DNA of 64,000 nucleotides from IMG/VR virus record IMGVR_UViG_3300021085_000017, positions 1 through 64,000 of that record; one strand, given 5' to 3'. Below, one piece after another: positions 30,279 through 38,820 of the stretch (positions are counted from its first letter, which is position 1; every line of letters starts with the position of its first letter). The notes beneath the pieces are model-generated. The model had not been told where the DNA came from. It made no database searches and worked only from the letters and a program-made list of their open reading frames with translations. A program made the translations under genes and the position numbers. The stretch comes from a virus.

Positions 30279-30425
30279 CAAGCAGTTATAATCATGGATA
30301 TAATATTGATATATAATTATATGGAAGAAATAAATATCGATGAAATCTTCTTTGAGTGAAACGAAAAGAAATTTCTGAAGATATTAGGTCTTTAGACCTA
30401 TTAAGATATAAACAATGAGATAGCA

Positions 30426-30863
30426 ATGAGTGATTGGACATACAATAATAAAGTTGTAAATGATTTACCTGATAATGTTGAGGGATTTGTATATTTGATT
30501 ACGAATCTTACAAATGACCGAAAATACATAGGTAAGAAGTTAGCAAGATTTAAAACCACTAAACCACCTCTTAAGGGACGTAAGAACAAAAGACGTGGTT
30601 ATAAAGAAAGTGATTGGAGAACCTATTGGGGTTCGTCTGACCATTTGAATGCGGACGTAAAAAAATTAGGTCCCGATAAATTTTCACGTGAAATTCTACA
30701 CTATTGCCCGAGTCGTGGTGCATTAAGTTATGTAGAAGCCAAAGAACAGTTTGACCGTAGAGTGCTTGAAACGGATGAGTACTATAATGGTATTATCAAT
30801 GTACGAGTAGGAAGTTCAAAGATTCTTACTGAGTATCTAAACAGCGTTAAAGAAAAAATATAG
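30426..30863 (+). CDS. GIY-YIG family endonuclease
   Basis: GFVYLITNLTNDRKYIGKK, YWGSS, REIL, YYNG. Confidence 0.85.
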   Translation: MSDWTYNNKVVNDLPDNVEGFVYLITNLTNDRKYIGKKLARFKTTKPPLKGRKNKRRGYKESDWRTYWGSSDHLNADVKKLGPDKFSREILHYCPSRGALSYVEAKEQFDRRVLETDEYYNGIINVRVGSSKILTEYLNSVKEKI

Positions 30864-31098
30864 GCGCTAATATCCACTGATATATTCCTATTACATCAAT
30901 ACATAAGAAAAATATATTTTGTACTATTAAAGGTTTATCTTTTAATATCGCAAAAACGTATATTGCAATCAGATGTCCCGAAGCAAATAATGGAAATGCA
31001 TATTTAGATTGTGGTAGATTCAAAGATATGAGTGTTCCAGCACATACAAACATAAGTGTAGCGAGCCACTTTGTGCGTTCTATTGATTTCGGTGACAT
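30847..31098 (-). CDS. small membrane protein (about 3 TM helices)
   Basis: Three hydrophobic stretches; AGAGGAG RBS; late box at 31122-31127. Confidence 0.75.
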   Translation of the reverse strand: MSPKSIERTKWLATLMFVCAGTLISLNLPQSKYAFPLFASGHLIAIYVFAILKDKPLIVQNIFFLCIDVIGIYQWILAPIFFL

Positions 31099-31130
31099 GA
31101 TGGGCTCCTCTAAGATACAAGTATTTAGGT

Positions 31131-31167
31131 AAAAGAAAAACCCAACATCATTTCTGACATTGGGTTT
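31131..31167 (-). terminator. intrinsic terminator of the sRNA
   Basis: AAACCCAATGTCA-GAAA-TGATGTTGGGTTT followed by TTCTTTT. Confidence 0.8.
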
Positions 31168-31301
31168 CCCGCCTTACATTTCCTTTTTGTGCTTTTTAGA
31201 GTGGTACGTTAAGGTCTAACCCACCCAACCCCTTTGGGCTGAAGCAACAAGTAGTCTATGTCGATGAGAGAGGTTTAGAGGAGACATAGGCACCTGTTGA
31301 T
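31131..31301 (-). ncRNA. stand-alone small RNA (about 170 nt) with CU-rich anti-SD loop
   Basis: Own sigma70 promoter (TTGACA 31336-31331, 17 nt, TACTAT 31313-31308); 5' hairpin with loop UCCUCUAAACCUCUCUCAUC; GAAA-capped terminator; no credible ORF. Confidence 0.75.
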
Positions 31302-31332
31302 TAATATATAGTAACACAAGCACGAATCAATG

Positions 31333-31872
31333 TCAAGCGTTTTTTGATGTTTTTTTAATATTTTTTTTATATTGAATAGGTCCTTGCTCTGGAGAGATAT
31401 AATCTTTAAACTCTTCTAATGCCTGGTTGTATGTTCGGTCAAATATGCTAAATTTTAATACATGTCTTTCTTCTTGCCAAGAGATAATGCTATGTCTTTG
31501 TGTTACATCCAATAACGCACAATGGTAAGTAAAATCGCCCCAATCTTCGAAATTTACTGGTGCATTATCTTCTGATATTAAAATATTTATACAACAAAGT
31601 GTATCTATATCTGCATGTGGAGGCACACTATGATACGCATGTTGTTTATAAAATTTAGCCTTTCCTTTTATTAATTCGTTAATTTTAGACACAAATGGCA
31701 TTTCGTAAGTATCATCAACTTTCGCTTGTTCCCAGTGTGGCGCATGTTTAAAGAACCCCTCCTTTATCGAAGAGTCTGAAAATGGAATAAACGTTGCGTT
31801 ATTCATATCTTCTTTTAACCCATCTCTATCAATAAGATGCTCTAAATTAAGAAATGTTATTGGACGTATCAT
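31333..31872 (-). CDS. putative 2OG-Fe(II)/cupin-fold oxygenase-like protein
   Basis: VPPHAD (HxD), distal H (QRHSI) and ER; weak. Confidence 0.5.
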   Translation of the reverse strand: MIRPITFLNLEHLIDRDGLKEDMNNATFIPFSDSSIKEGFFKHAPHWEQAKVDDTYEMPFVSKINELIKGKAKFYKQHAYHSVPPHADIDTLCCINILISEDNAPVNFEDWGDFTYHCALLDVTQRHSIISWQEERHVLKFSIFDRTYNQALEEFKDYISPEQGPIQYKKNIKKTSKNA

Positions 31873-32486
31873 ATGTGTACATATGCTCTATAAAGACTTC
31901 TTGTTCCTGACACATTCTTGTTTGGAGTTCGTCTATGTAACGTTGCAATGTTGTTTGATATCACAACTCTACCAGATATCCACTCTATTTCTTGTATTTC
32001 GTTTTTAAAGACTGCTTCTTCTAATGATTCGTTTCTATATGATGACATTGGACACCATCTAGTGTAATAACCTATATCATCTTGTAGAATGATTGGTCTT
32101 TTACCTTTGTAAATCTTTTTTAAATAATACCTTTTATGTGATTCTTTTTCAAATCTATAAAACAATCCATCATCTATTGCTTCTTTGAATTCATAACCCT
32201 CTACGACATCAATGTGCTTTAGAGCCTCTTCTTCTGATATTCTTGTAGAAACATACTGTGTAGATGGACATTCTTCTTCAGCATGTGAACACCATAATGC
32301 TTGATACTGTGGTTGGTGTTCTATTTGTAAACCATCTTGGTGCCAAATTTGTTCAGTGACTTCTTTAGTCTCTTTACTTGTAATGACTGGCAAGTCTATA
32401 TCTCTGTTAACTGTTCCATACTTTTCTAATTCTTTTATAAAATCTTCTTTTGTATGAATGTTATCTATGATTTCAATATCTCGCAT
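31869..32486 (-). CDS. TauD/TfdA-family dioxygenase-like protein
   Basis: WHQDG, IEW..G.VVISNNIATLHRR, R.LYR. Confidence 0.7.
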   Translation of the reverse strand: MRDIEIIDNIHTKEDFIKELEKYGTVNRDIDLPVITSKETKEVTEQIWHQDGLQIEHQPQYQALWCSHAEEECPSTQYVSTRISEEEALKHIDVVEGYEFKEAIDDGLFYRFEKESHKRYYLKKIYKGKRPIILQDDIGYYTRWCPMSSYRNESLEEAVFKNEIQEIEWISGRVVISNNIATLHRRTPNKNVSGTRSLYRAYVHI

Positions 32487-32983
32487 ACTTCTTGTTCAAC
32501 TCCATTTATATCTCTATAACCCTCTAATCTGTTATAGTGCCAATTCTCTGGCAAATATTTCTTTGCATATTCAATAGTTAAGTCCATGGTTTTTCCTGGA
32601 CGTTTGTATAATTCTGTTGACCAAAATAACTTATTATACCCCATTTTATCTGCCATTTCAATCTGATAAGGTGCTAGATACTTCCACGGATAGCGAATTC
32701 TATCACCTCTTATTTTATATTGTCTAAACTTTGGTGCTATATAACAACGTGAATTGACCCTTGGTGTATTGTCTTCCCAATCGCCAAAAGGCTCGGGCCA
32801 CAATGGTTTACGTTGTAATCCACTGAACCCAACTATATCATCATTATACATCAACATACAGAAACATATCATTTCTTGTAACTTTATATTTTCTAATGTA
32901 TAATTGTCTTTTAGTTTATCGTTACCACCTGCTATGTCATCAAGTAACCATTGAGGTGGTGCTTCTTCTATTATCTTAAACAC
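32465..32983 (-). CDS. putative GNAT-fold acyltransferase-like protein
   Basis: DDIVGFSG, RCYIAPKFR, ADKMGYNKLFW resemble GNAT motif spacing; weak. Confidence 0.45.
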   Translation of the reverse strand: MFKIIEEAPPQWLLDDIAGGNDKLKDNYTLENIKLQEMICFCMLMYNDDIVGFSGLQRKPLWPEPFGDWEDNTPRVNSRCYIAPKFRQYKIRGDRIRYPWKYLAPYQIEMADKMGYNKLFWSTELYKRPGKTMDLTIEYAKKYLPENWHYNRLEGYRDINGVEQEVCEILKS

Positions 32984-33609
32984 TTTTCAATTATAATTCC
33001 TGATATATCATACTTACTTAATTTTATCTGTTTACTATTACTATGATGAACATCGTGTGGTCCTTCTCCGCCAGATAAAAGATTTATAAATCTATTAGTG
33101 ACTGGCTTTCCATCTTTGTGACCTAGTGAGTTGAATATTCCATAACTCAACCATCCAAATATGAAAGGAGAAACTACAAATATAAGAAAGAATTCTGATG
33201 ATATCAGTAGAGAAATTATTCCTGTAATTCCCCATATCTTTTTCCAATGCTTATGAAAAAACATAACTCTTTTGTTTGTGTACAAATCTCTAACGTATGT
33301 TATAGGAATTTCTTTCACTTTCCAAGTACTGAATAGTACATTAAAAAATCCTATATGTAATGGACTATGTGGGTCTTTTTTAGTGTCAGAATATCTATGG
33401 TGAATTCTATGTGCGCCAATCCATCCTAGTGGACTACGTGAACCTGCTAACAACGATAAAAATAAAACCAATGTCTCCCAAAACGAAGAAAGATATTTAA
33501 ATTTAAACTGGTTGTGTGCAAAATATCTATGCAATCCAATAGATAGACCAATTACGCTGATGAATTGGTACCAAATAAATCCTAGCAATATAATAACAAA
33601 TATACTCAT
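32971..33609 (-). CDS. membrane fatty-acid (acyl-CoA delta-9 type) desaturase
   Basis: Three His boxes HRYFAH, HRIHH, HDVHH; DPHSP; TM segments. Confidence 0.9.
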   Translation of the reverse strand: MSIFVIILLGFIWYQFISVIGLSIGLHRYFAHNQFKFKYLSSFWETLVLFLSLLAGSRSPLGWIGAHRIHHRYSDTKKDPHSPLHIGFFNVLFSTWKVKEIPITYVRDLYTNKRVMFFHKHWKKIWGITGIISLLISSEFFLIFVVSPFIFGWLSYGIFNSLGHKDGKPVTNRFINLLSGGEGPHDVHHSNSKQIKLSKYDISGIIIEKCLR

Positions 33610-33627
33610 ATCTGTATTTATGACTGA

Positions 33628-34212
33628 CTATTTTACGCCAGATAATGCAAATCTGTTAAAGACGTTAAGTTCTAATGTGTTTTCGTATGATATTTTGCTG
33701 AGAGGATATTTACTTTTAAAGTCATCTAGTGACTTGCAATTGTTTATATGGTCTTCGATTACCAGATTGTTGCTTTGTATAACAAGTTGAGTTCCTGGTT
33801 TAATTCTCTTGTACCAATCGGTAGTCATGTGTTCACAACTTAGATTGATAATAGTATCAAACTCGTTGATTGCTTCGAATTCATCGATGTTTATAGATTC
33901 GTGACCTAGATAGTTTTTGAATGTGTAATTGAAGCGACCACTAACTTCTTTACATCTTGTGTCCATATCAACTTCATAGAAGTTTATAGATGGATATTTT
34001 TCAACTAATGCTCTAGTAAGAAAGCCTAGCCATGACCCAATGTATAACACTTTTTCAGCATTACTACTTATTGAATCAAAGGCTAGGCTTGCTTGTTTTT
34101 TGCTTTGAATTTGATTTGTATGGAATGCATCCCGCACTTCTTCGATAGTTAGATGTTTCGCAATCTCACTGTCGTACATCATATCTAAGAATTTTGGAAT
34201 ATATTCTTCCAT
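33628..34212 (-). CDS. class I SAM-dependent methyltransferase-like protein
   Basis: VLYIGSWLG, EVDMD, DTIINLSCEHM. Confidence 0.7.
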   Translation of the reverse strand: MEEYIPKFLDMMYDSEIAKHLTIEEVRDAFHTNQIQSKKQASLAFDSISSNAEKVLYIGSWLGFLTRALVEKYPSINFYEVDMDTRCKEVSGRFNYTFKNYLGHESINIDEFEAINEFDTIINLSCEHMTTDWYKRIKPGTQLVIQSNNLVIEDHINNCKSLDDFKSKYPLSKISYENTLELNVFNRFALSGVK

Positions 34213-34220
34213 ACAATTAA

Positions 34221-34397
34221 TTACATATTGTTCTTTTTGTCTTGGATTTCTGCTCTACGAACTTTCGTAAGTTTGCCAATATCGCCTAGTGCTTTTCTGG
34301 CACGAGCCGCAGATGCTTTCACACCCTTTTCTTCAAACTTGGCATTTTCTGCTAAGTATTCTTCCATTAATCTTTGTATTTCTGCATTAGTACTCAT
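34221..34397 (-). CDS. Hc1/histone-H1-like small basic protein (58 aa, below ORF-track cutoff)
   Basis: MSTNAEIQRLMEEYLAENAKFEEKGVKASAARARKALGDIGKLTKVRRAEIQDKKNNM; AGGAG RBS; KGxKxxAxRARK motif. Confidence 0.75.
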   Translation of the reverse strand: MSTNAEIQRLMEEYLAENAKFEEKGVKASAARARKALGDIGKLTKVRRAEIQDKKNNM

Positions 34398-34406
34398 ATG
34401 TTACTC

Positions 34407-36191
34407 CTATTTGTTGTACATGGCGCTTTCTTCTTCATGTGAAAAACTTGTAAAGCCATTTTCTTTTATTACATTAAGGACACTTTCTACTCTTCCTTGT
34501 AATTCGTCTTTGTGTGAAATCAGATACACACTTCTATTTCCATCTCTTGCCATTTTCTTAAGAATACCAAGTGATGATTCTACTCCGTTTGTATCCATGC
34601 CACTATCTATCAATTCGTCTACAAATAAGACGTTTATTGTGCTGTATAATGACTCGAATATGTCACGGAAACTCCAACTTAGACCTAAAATAAGTCTATT
34701 TCTTTCACCTCTACTTAAGTTATCAAAGTCTAAGTCACGACCTAATTCAGTAATTTCTACTGTTAAATCACTCTGGAATACAACATCATGTGGTAATCCT
34801 AACTTATCTAAGTAGTATGCTAACCTAGAATTTAAGTAACTTAAGTTCTGGTCTATAATCTTTTTACGAATAAAACTATCTTTGTTAGTTAGCAATTTCA
34901 ACAAGAAGTCTTGGTGTTCTAGCAAAGAAACTAAAGAATTCATATGACCATAGTCTACATCTTCTAATGCACTATCACGCATATCTGCAATCTGGTCAGC
35001 ATATGGGTCTTCAGTATTTTTATTCAATTCAATTTGTTCTGCCAATTTTTCCACAGAATTTTGATGTTCATATGCATCAGATAATGTAGAGTAAAATGTT
35101 TTAGGTTTCTCACCAATACTACCAATACTCTCAACTAAACTGTTATGTTCTTTGAGTGATGCTTCATTTGTTTTAATCTGTTCTACTGCTTCGTTCTTTA
35201 GTGAAGTCTTACTTGAAAGAATTTCGCCTTGTTTTTCATCGTGGATATCTTGACCACAAGAATGGCATTTATGCTCTTCAATAAGTTTTATTTCACCATC
35301 TAAGCGTTCAATAAGTTTAGACTGCTTAGTGTTATCTGCTTCGATACTAGTAATCCAAGATGTTGCTTGGTTCTTAGCAGTTAAGTTTTCATTGTAAGTT
35401 ACAAGTAAAGCATGTTGTTCTAATTCGTTCTTAATGTCTACATGAGATAATGAATCAAGTGCGGTCTCTAATGCTTCTAAGTCTGTAGATAGTTTGCTAC
35501 TCCAAACTTTCTGTCTACGTTCAATATCTTTGATACTCTTTAGAATACGAGCATTGGTGTCTTCTTTACCTTTAAGTGAATATTCTTCTTCTTTAATTTG
35601 CTCTTTTGTATTCTTTGAAATCTCTTTAAGTTTATCTGCTTTACGAGAGAGTTCTGTGATACCTAATAGTTCTTCAATCAACTCTCTTTGGTCACCTGCT
35701 TTTAGTGACAAGAAAGGTTCAGTGTATGTGTTTAGTGCAACAATGTGTTTGAACATTGAATGAGAAAGACCAATAACATTTTCTACTTCTACTTGAGTCA
35801 TTCGCATTTCGCCTTGACCAGCGTTTTCAATATCGTTGTCGCCAAGTTCCATGCCATCTCTTAAGAAATGAAATACATTCGGTGAACGACCACGTTCAAT
35901 ACGATAATCATTTCCGTTGTATGCGAAATCAACTGTGACCATCATGCCTTTGCCGTTAGTCTTGTTGATTAGGTTGTTCTGCTTAATGTTTGTAAGTGCT
36001 TTACCATATAGTCCATATGATAGTGCATTGATTAAAGTGGTCTTACCAGTTCCGTTACGAGAACCATCACCACCTAAATCGACATTATTGCCCAAGACTA
36101 AAGTTAGTTCATCTTGGTTCAGATTAACAGCCTGTGTGACATTACCCACACTCATAAAATTTCTTATTGTTATGTTCTTAATTGTTAACAA
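34407..36191 (-). CDS. gp46: recombination endonuclease ATPase subunit (gp46/SbcC/Rad50-like)
   Basis: Walker A NGTGKT, zinc hook CHSC, signature LSRGE, Walker B LFVDE, ISH. Confidence 0.95.
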   Translation of the reverse strand: MLTIKNITIRNFMSVGNVTQAVNLNQDELTLVLGNNVDLGGDGSRNGTGKTTLINALSYGLYGKALTNIKQNNLINKTNGKGMMVTVDFAYNGNDYRIERGRSPNVFHFLRDGMELGDNDIENAGQGEMRMTQVEVENVIGLSHSMFKHIVALNTYTEPFLSLKAGDQRELIEELLGITELSRKADKLKEISKNTKEQIKEEEYSLKGKEDTNARILKSIKDIERRQKVWSSKLSTDLEALETALDSLSHVDIKNELEQHALLVTYNENLTAKNQATSWITSIEADNTKQSKLIERLDGEIKLIEEHKCHSCGQDIHDEKQGEILSSKTSLKNEAVEQIKTNEASLKEHNSLVESIGSIGEKPKTFYSTLSDAYEHQNSVEKLAEQIELNKNTEDPYADQIADMRDSALEDVDYGHMNSLVSLLEHQDFLLKLLTNKDSFIRKKIIDQNLSYLNSRLAYYLDKLGLPHDVVFQSDLTVEITELGRDLDFDNLSRGERNRLILGLSWSFRDIFESLYSTINVLFVDELIDSGMDTNGVESSLGILKKMARDGNRSVYLISHKDELQGRVESVLNVIKENGFTSFSHEEESAMYNK

Positions 36192-36193
36192 AC

Positions 36194-36790
36194 TTATACC
36201 TCTCTTGCGTAAGTTCCTAATTGTATTGGGTCAATCGATAATTCGTTGACATTAATATATTCTGGTTGATTGATTGTCCAAACGACTAACTCTGCGATGT
36301 ACTCAACATCAATCAATTTTCTGTCAGGATGTTTTTTCATTACACTTGTTGTTGTTAAACTTCCTGGTGAAATTAGTGTTGTTTTAATATTACTGCCACC
36401 CATTGCTTTATAAGTTAAGTCTCTATTGTAAGCCTTGAGTGCTTTCTTTTCTGTTGGATATCTCCAAGTTCTTCCTTTTACTCCCGTATCAGCAGTAGAA
36501 CCTATGTTTATAATATGTCCTTTTCTATCTGCTTCTTCCATAGCATTGAATACACATTCAACAATCATAACTTGTTGAAACTTCCAAATGGCAGAGTTGT
36601 TAATAAAGATATCAAAGTTGCCTTCAATATAATATTCTGCAAGTTTTCTCTGGCCTTCAGAAGTATCTAAGTGATAACCATTACTTCTACTGGCTGTTTC
36701 ATATTCGATATCGGGCATTGTGTCAAATAGATTGCACATAGCCTCGCATAAGCCGTACTTACGACTTCCTGTGATTAGTATCTTTCTCAT
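36194..36790 (-). CDS. short-chain dehydrogenase/reductase
   Basis: ILITGSRKYG, INNSA, IINIGS, YPTEK (YxxxK), ISPG. Confidence 0.85.
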   Translation of the reverse strand: MRKILITGSRKYGLCEAMCNLFDTMPDIEYETASRSNGYHLDTSEGQRKLAEYYIEGNFDIFINNSAIWKFQQVMIVECVFNAMEEADRKGHIINIGSTADTGVKGRTWRYPTEKKALKAYNRDLTYKAMGGSNIKTTLISPGSLTTTSVMKKHPDRKLIDVEYIAELVVWTINQPEYINVNELSIDPIQLGTYAREV

Positions 36791-37806
36791 AAGTTGTTGT
36801 ATATTTCTATAAGTATGTTCTTGTCAAAACTGCCGCTACTATCTAATGATGCTAATTGTGATACTACAATTTCATCTATTGTCTCAAAGTGAATTTCAGC
36901 ACCAGTGTCATTTTCATGTTCATTGCTTTTAACTGGCACTAATGTTACGTCTCGTAACTTGTATGTTTCTACAAATGTATCCTTAATAAAGTTTGCTTCT
37001 TCATAAGAAATATCGATATCTAGTGTTATCTTTACTGATGTTTTAGGTAATAGATATTTGTCTGGACCATCTAATAGTTTTGATAACGCAATTGTTCTGT
37101 ATTTTGGTGCGTCTTTCCAAGTGAAGAACTCTGGTTCTTTATCCCACTCTAAGTACATCCAACCTCTATCATCATCCCAATTATCTGAGAAGTTATGAGG
37201 GAATGCATTACCAATATAAATTACATTGTCTTTTACTTGACGTTGATGAAAGTGTCCAGTGAACACATAATCTTGGTTCTTAAACATACTGCCTTTAAGA
37301 CCACCGTGGTCAGGCATTTCAATCATTGCATTGAGTTTGAATGTAGGTAACTCTAAATGACTAAAGATGTACTTTGTCTTTATCTTAGGAATTTTCTTCC
37401 ATTCATCACCGACTAACCATGGCACAATAGCGACATCACCTTCAATAAGTGTGTCACGTACTAATACAATGTTAGGCAAATCATCAATGAATTCCATTGA
37501 GTTTACGTCACGTGTTTCACGGTAGAATAAATCGTGGTTGCCTAGAATAACATAAACTTTTTCAAATGCCGCACTAAGTCTACGAAGACCAGCAAGACTG
37601 TATTTCATTGTTGATATGTTTAGACTTGACCGATTATGATGCCAGTCGCCTAAGAATATACAAGTTTCGCAATCTCTTTTCTTTGCGTCCTCGATAAACC
37701 AATCAACGAAATCTAAACAATCTTCGTTGTGTTGTTTCGCATTGTTCTTCATACCCCAATGGATATCTGTAAAACATGCGGCTTTTTTGAATAGATTATT
37801 AGTCAT
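36787..37806 (-). CDS. gp47: recombination endonuclease nuclease subunit (gp47/SbcD/Mre11-like)
   Basis: FTDIHWG, FLGDWHH, LGNHD, FTGHFH metallophosphoesterase motifs. Confidence 0.95.
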   Translation of the reverse strand: MTNNLFKKAACFTDIHWGMKNNAKQHNEDCLDFVDWFIEDAKKRDCETCIFLGDWHHNRSSLNISTMKYSLAGLRRLSAAFEKVYVILGNHDLFYRETRDVNSMEFIDDLPNIVLVRDTLIEGDVAIVPWLVGDEWKKIPKIKTKYIFSHLELPTFKLNAMIEMPDHGGLKGSMFKNQDYVFTGHFHQRQVKDNVIYIGNAFPHNFSDNWDDDRGWMYLEWDKEPEFFTWKDAPKYRTIALSKLLDGPDKYLLPKTSVKITLDIDISYEEANFIKDTFVETYKLRDVTLVPVKSNEHENDTGAEIHFETIDEIVVSQLASLDSSGSFDKNILIEIYNNL

Positions 37807-38668
37807 TGTCGGCATAAATCTCTTTAATGGTTTCTGTTGGAATAGCATCGTCTGTAATTTTTGTTTTTACGACTTTCTGCCAACGCTCCTGAGATTTCAT
37901 TTCGTGTGCCAATTGTCTTGTCCAACTTGGCGCCTGTCCTGCTTTTTCGAGCAAGTCATCACGTATGCCTTGATTTTTCTTTTCTATGTTAAGAACACGA
38001 GTGAATGAATTGTTCACTACTGTTGTGTAGTAAGCAAATGGATTATCACTCTTGTCTTCGTTAAATTGTAATCCAATTTGTGCTAATTGTAGCAACGCTT
38101 GACCACGCATCTCATCGATGTATGTGTATCCACGCCAATTAGAACGCTGAGAGTATCTTTCTACTAGTTTGATATACATTGTCGCCAAAATAGCAGTAAT
38201 CTTACCAGCACCTAAATCAAATTCTTTATCTTTGTTATAGTGTGAGATACCCACTTCGTTGATTTTTCCATCTACAAATGTATAGTGCTTGAACGCTGGA
38301 AATGGCAATTTTACTTTACGGTCAGCAACAGTTTTAGGATTGGCTTTGCGTCCAGGTTCATCTGGTATATGCTCAAATGTCATTACACGAAATACAATTT
38401 CATCTTCGGTAAAAGAAGTAGGGTCAACTTCAAAGTCAACTTGTTTCTTTTTCTTGTCTTCGTTTGCATCCCAAGCCAATTTTTGTAATCGTTTTGCTTT
38501 GTTTTGTCTTGCCTGTTCTACAGAATCAGCGATTTCTTTAGTTGAATACAGAATAATATCATGCTGATGGTGTTTGTCCCTATCTTCAAACCAAGAATAG
38601 TTTGACTTAGAAATATGTATTTGTTTCAACATATCCTTGTTATTTAAATAGTTTTGTCTTCTTGCCAT
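37799..38668 (-). CDS. gp55: late-transcription sigma factor (T4 gp55-like)
   Basis: NYLNNKDML, SNWRGYTYIDEM, NPFAYYT; adjacent to gp47 as in T4-like phages. Confidence 0.88.
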   Translation of the reverse strand: MARRQNYLNNKDMLKQIHISKSNYSWFEDRDKHHQHDIILYSTKEIADSVEQARQNKAKRLQKLAWDANEDKKKKQVDFEVDPTSFTEDEIVFRVMTFEHIPDEPGRKANPKTVADRKVKLPFPAFKHYTFVDGKINEVGISHYNKDKEFDLGAGKITAILATMYIKLVERYSQRSNWRGYTYIDEMRGQALLQLAQIGLQFNEDKSDNPFAYYTTVVNNSFTRVLNIEKKNQGIRDDLLEKAGQAPSWTRQLAHEMKSQERWQKVVKTKITDDAIPTETIKEIYADND

Positions 38669-38694
38669 AGTGTATTTCTCCTAATTTAATACCA

Positions 38695-38724
38695 ATTATA
38701 ACACATATAGTTGACCTATGTCAA
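38695..38724 (-). promoter_or_regulatory. sigma70-type promoter for the gp55-gp47-gp46 operon
   Basis: TTGACA-18-TATAAT. Confidence 0.75.
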
Positions 38725-38820
38725 GTGTTAATACATTATATATAGAAAAAATGCACAAATACCAAAAGTTCGTAGATAATACAACGATAAATACTGTTAT
38801 AATGATTTAGGAGTAAAGTT

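Noticed and set aside
29732-30359. ORFs 29732..30004 (-) and 30111..30359 (+)
   Set aside because: No RBS and no recognisable protein features; they overlap the structured RNA and look incidental
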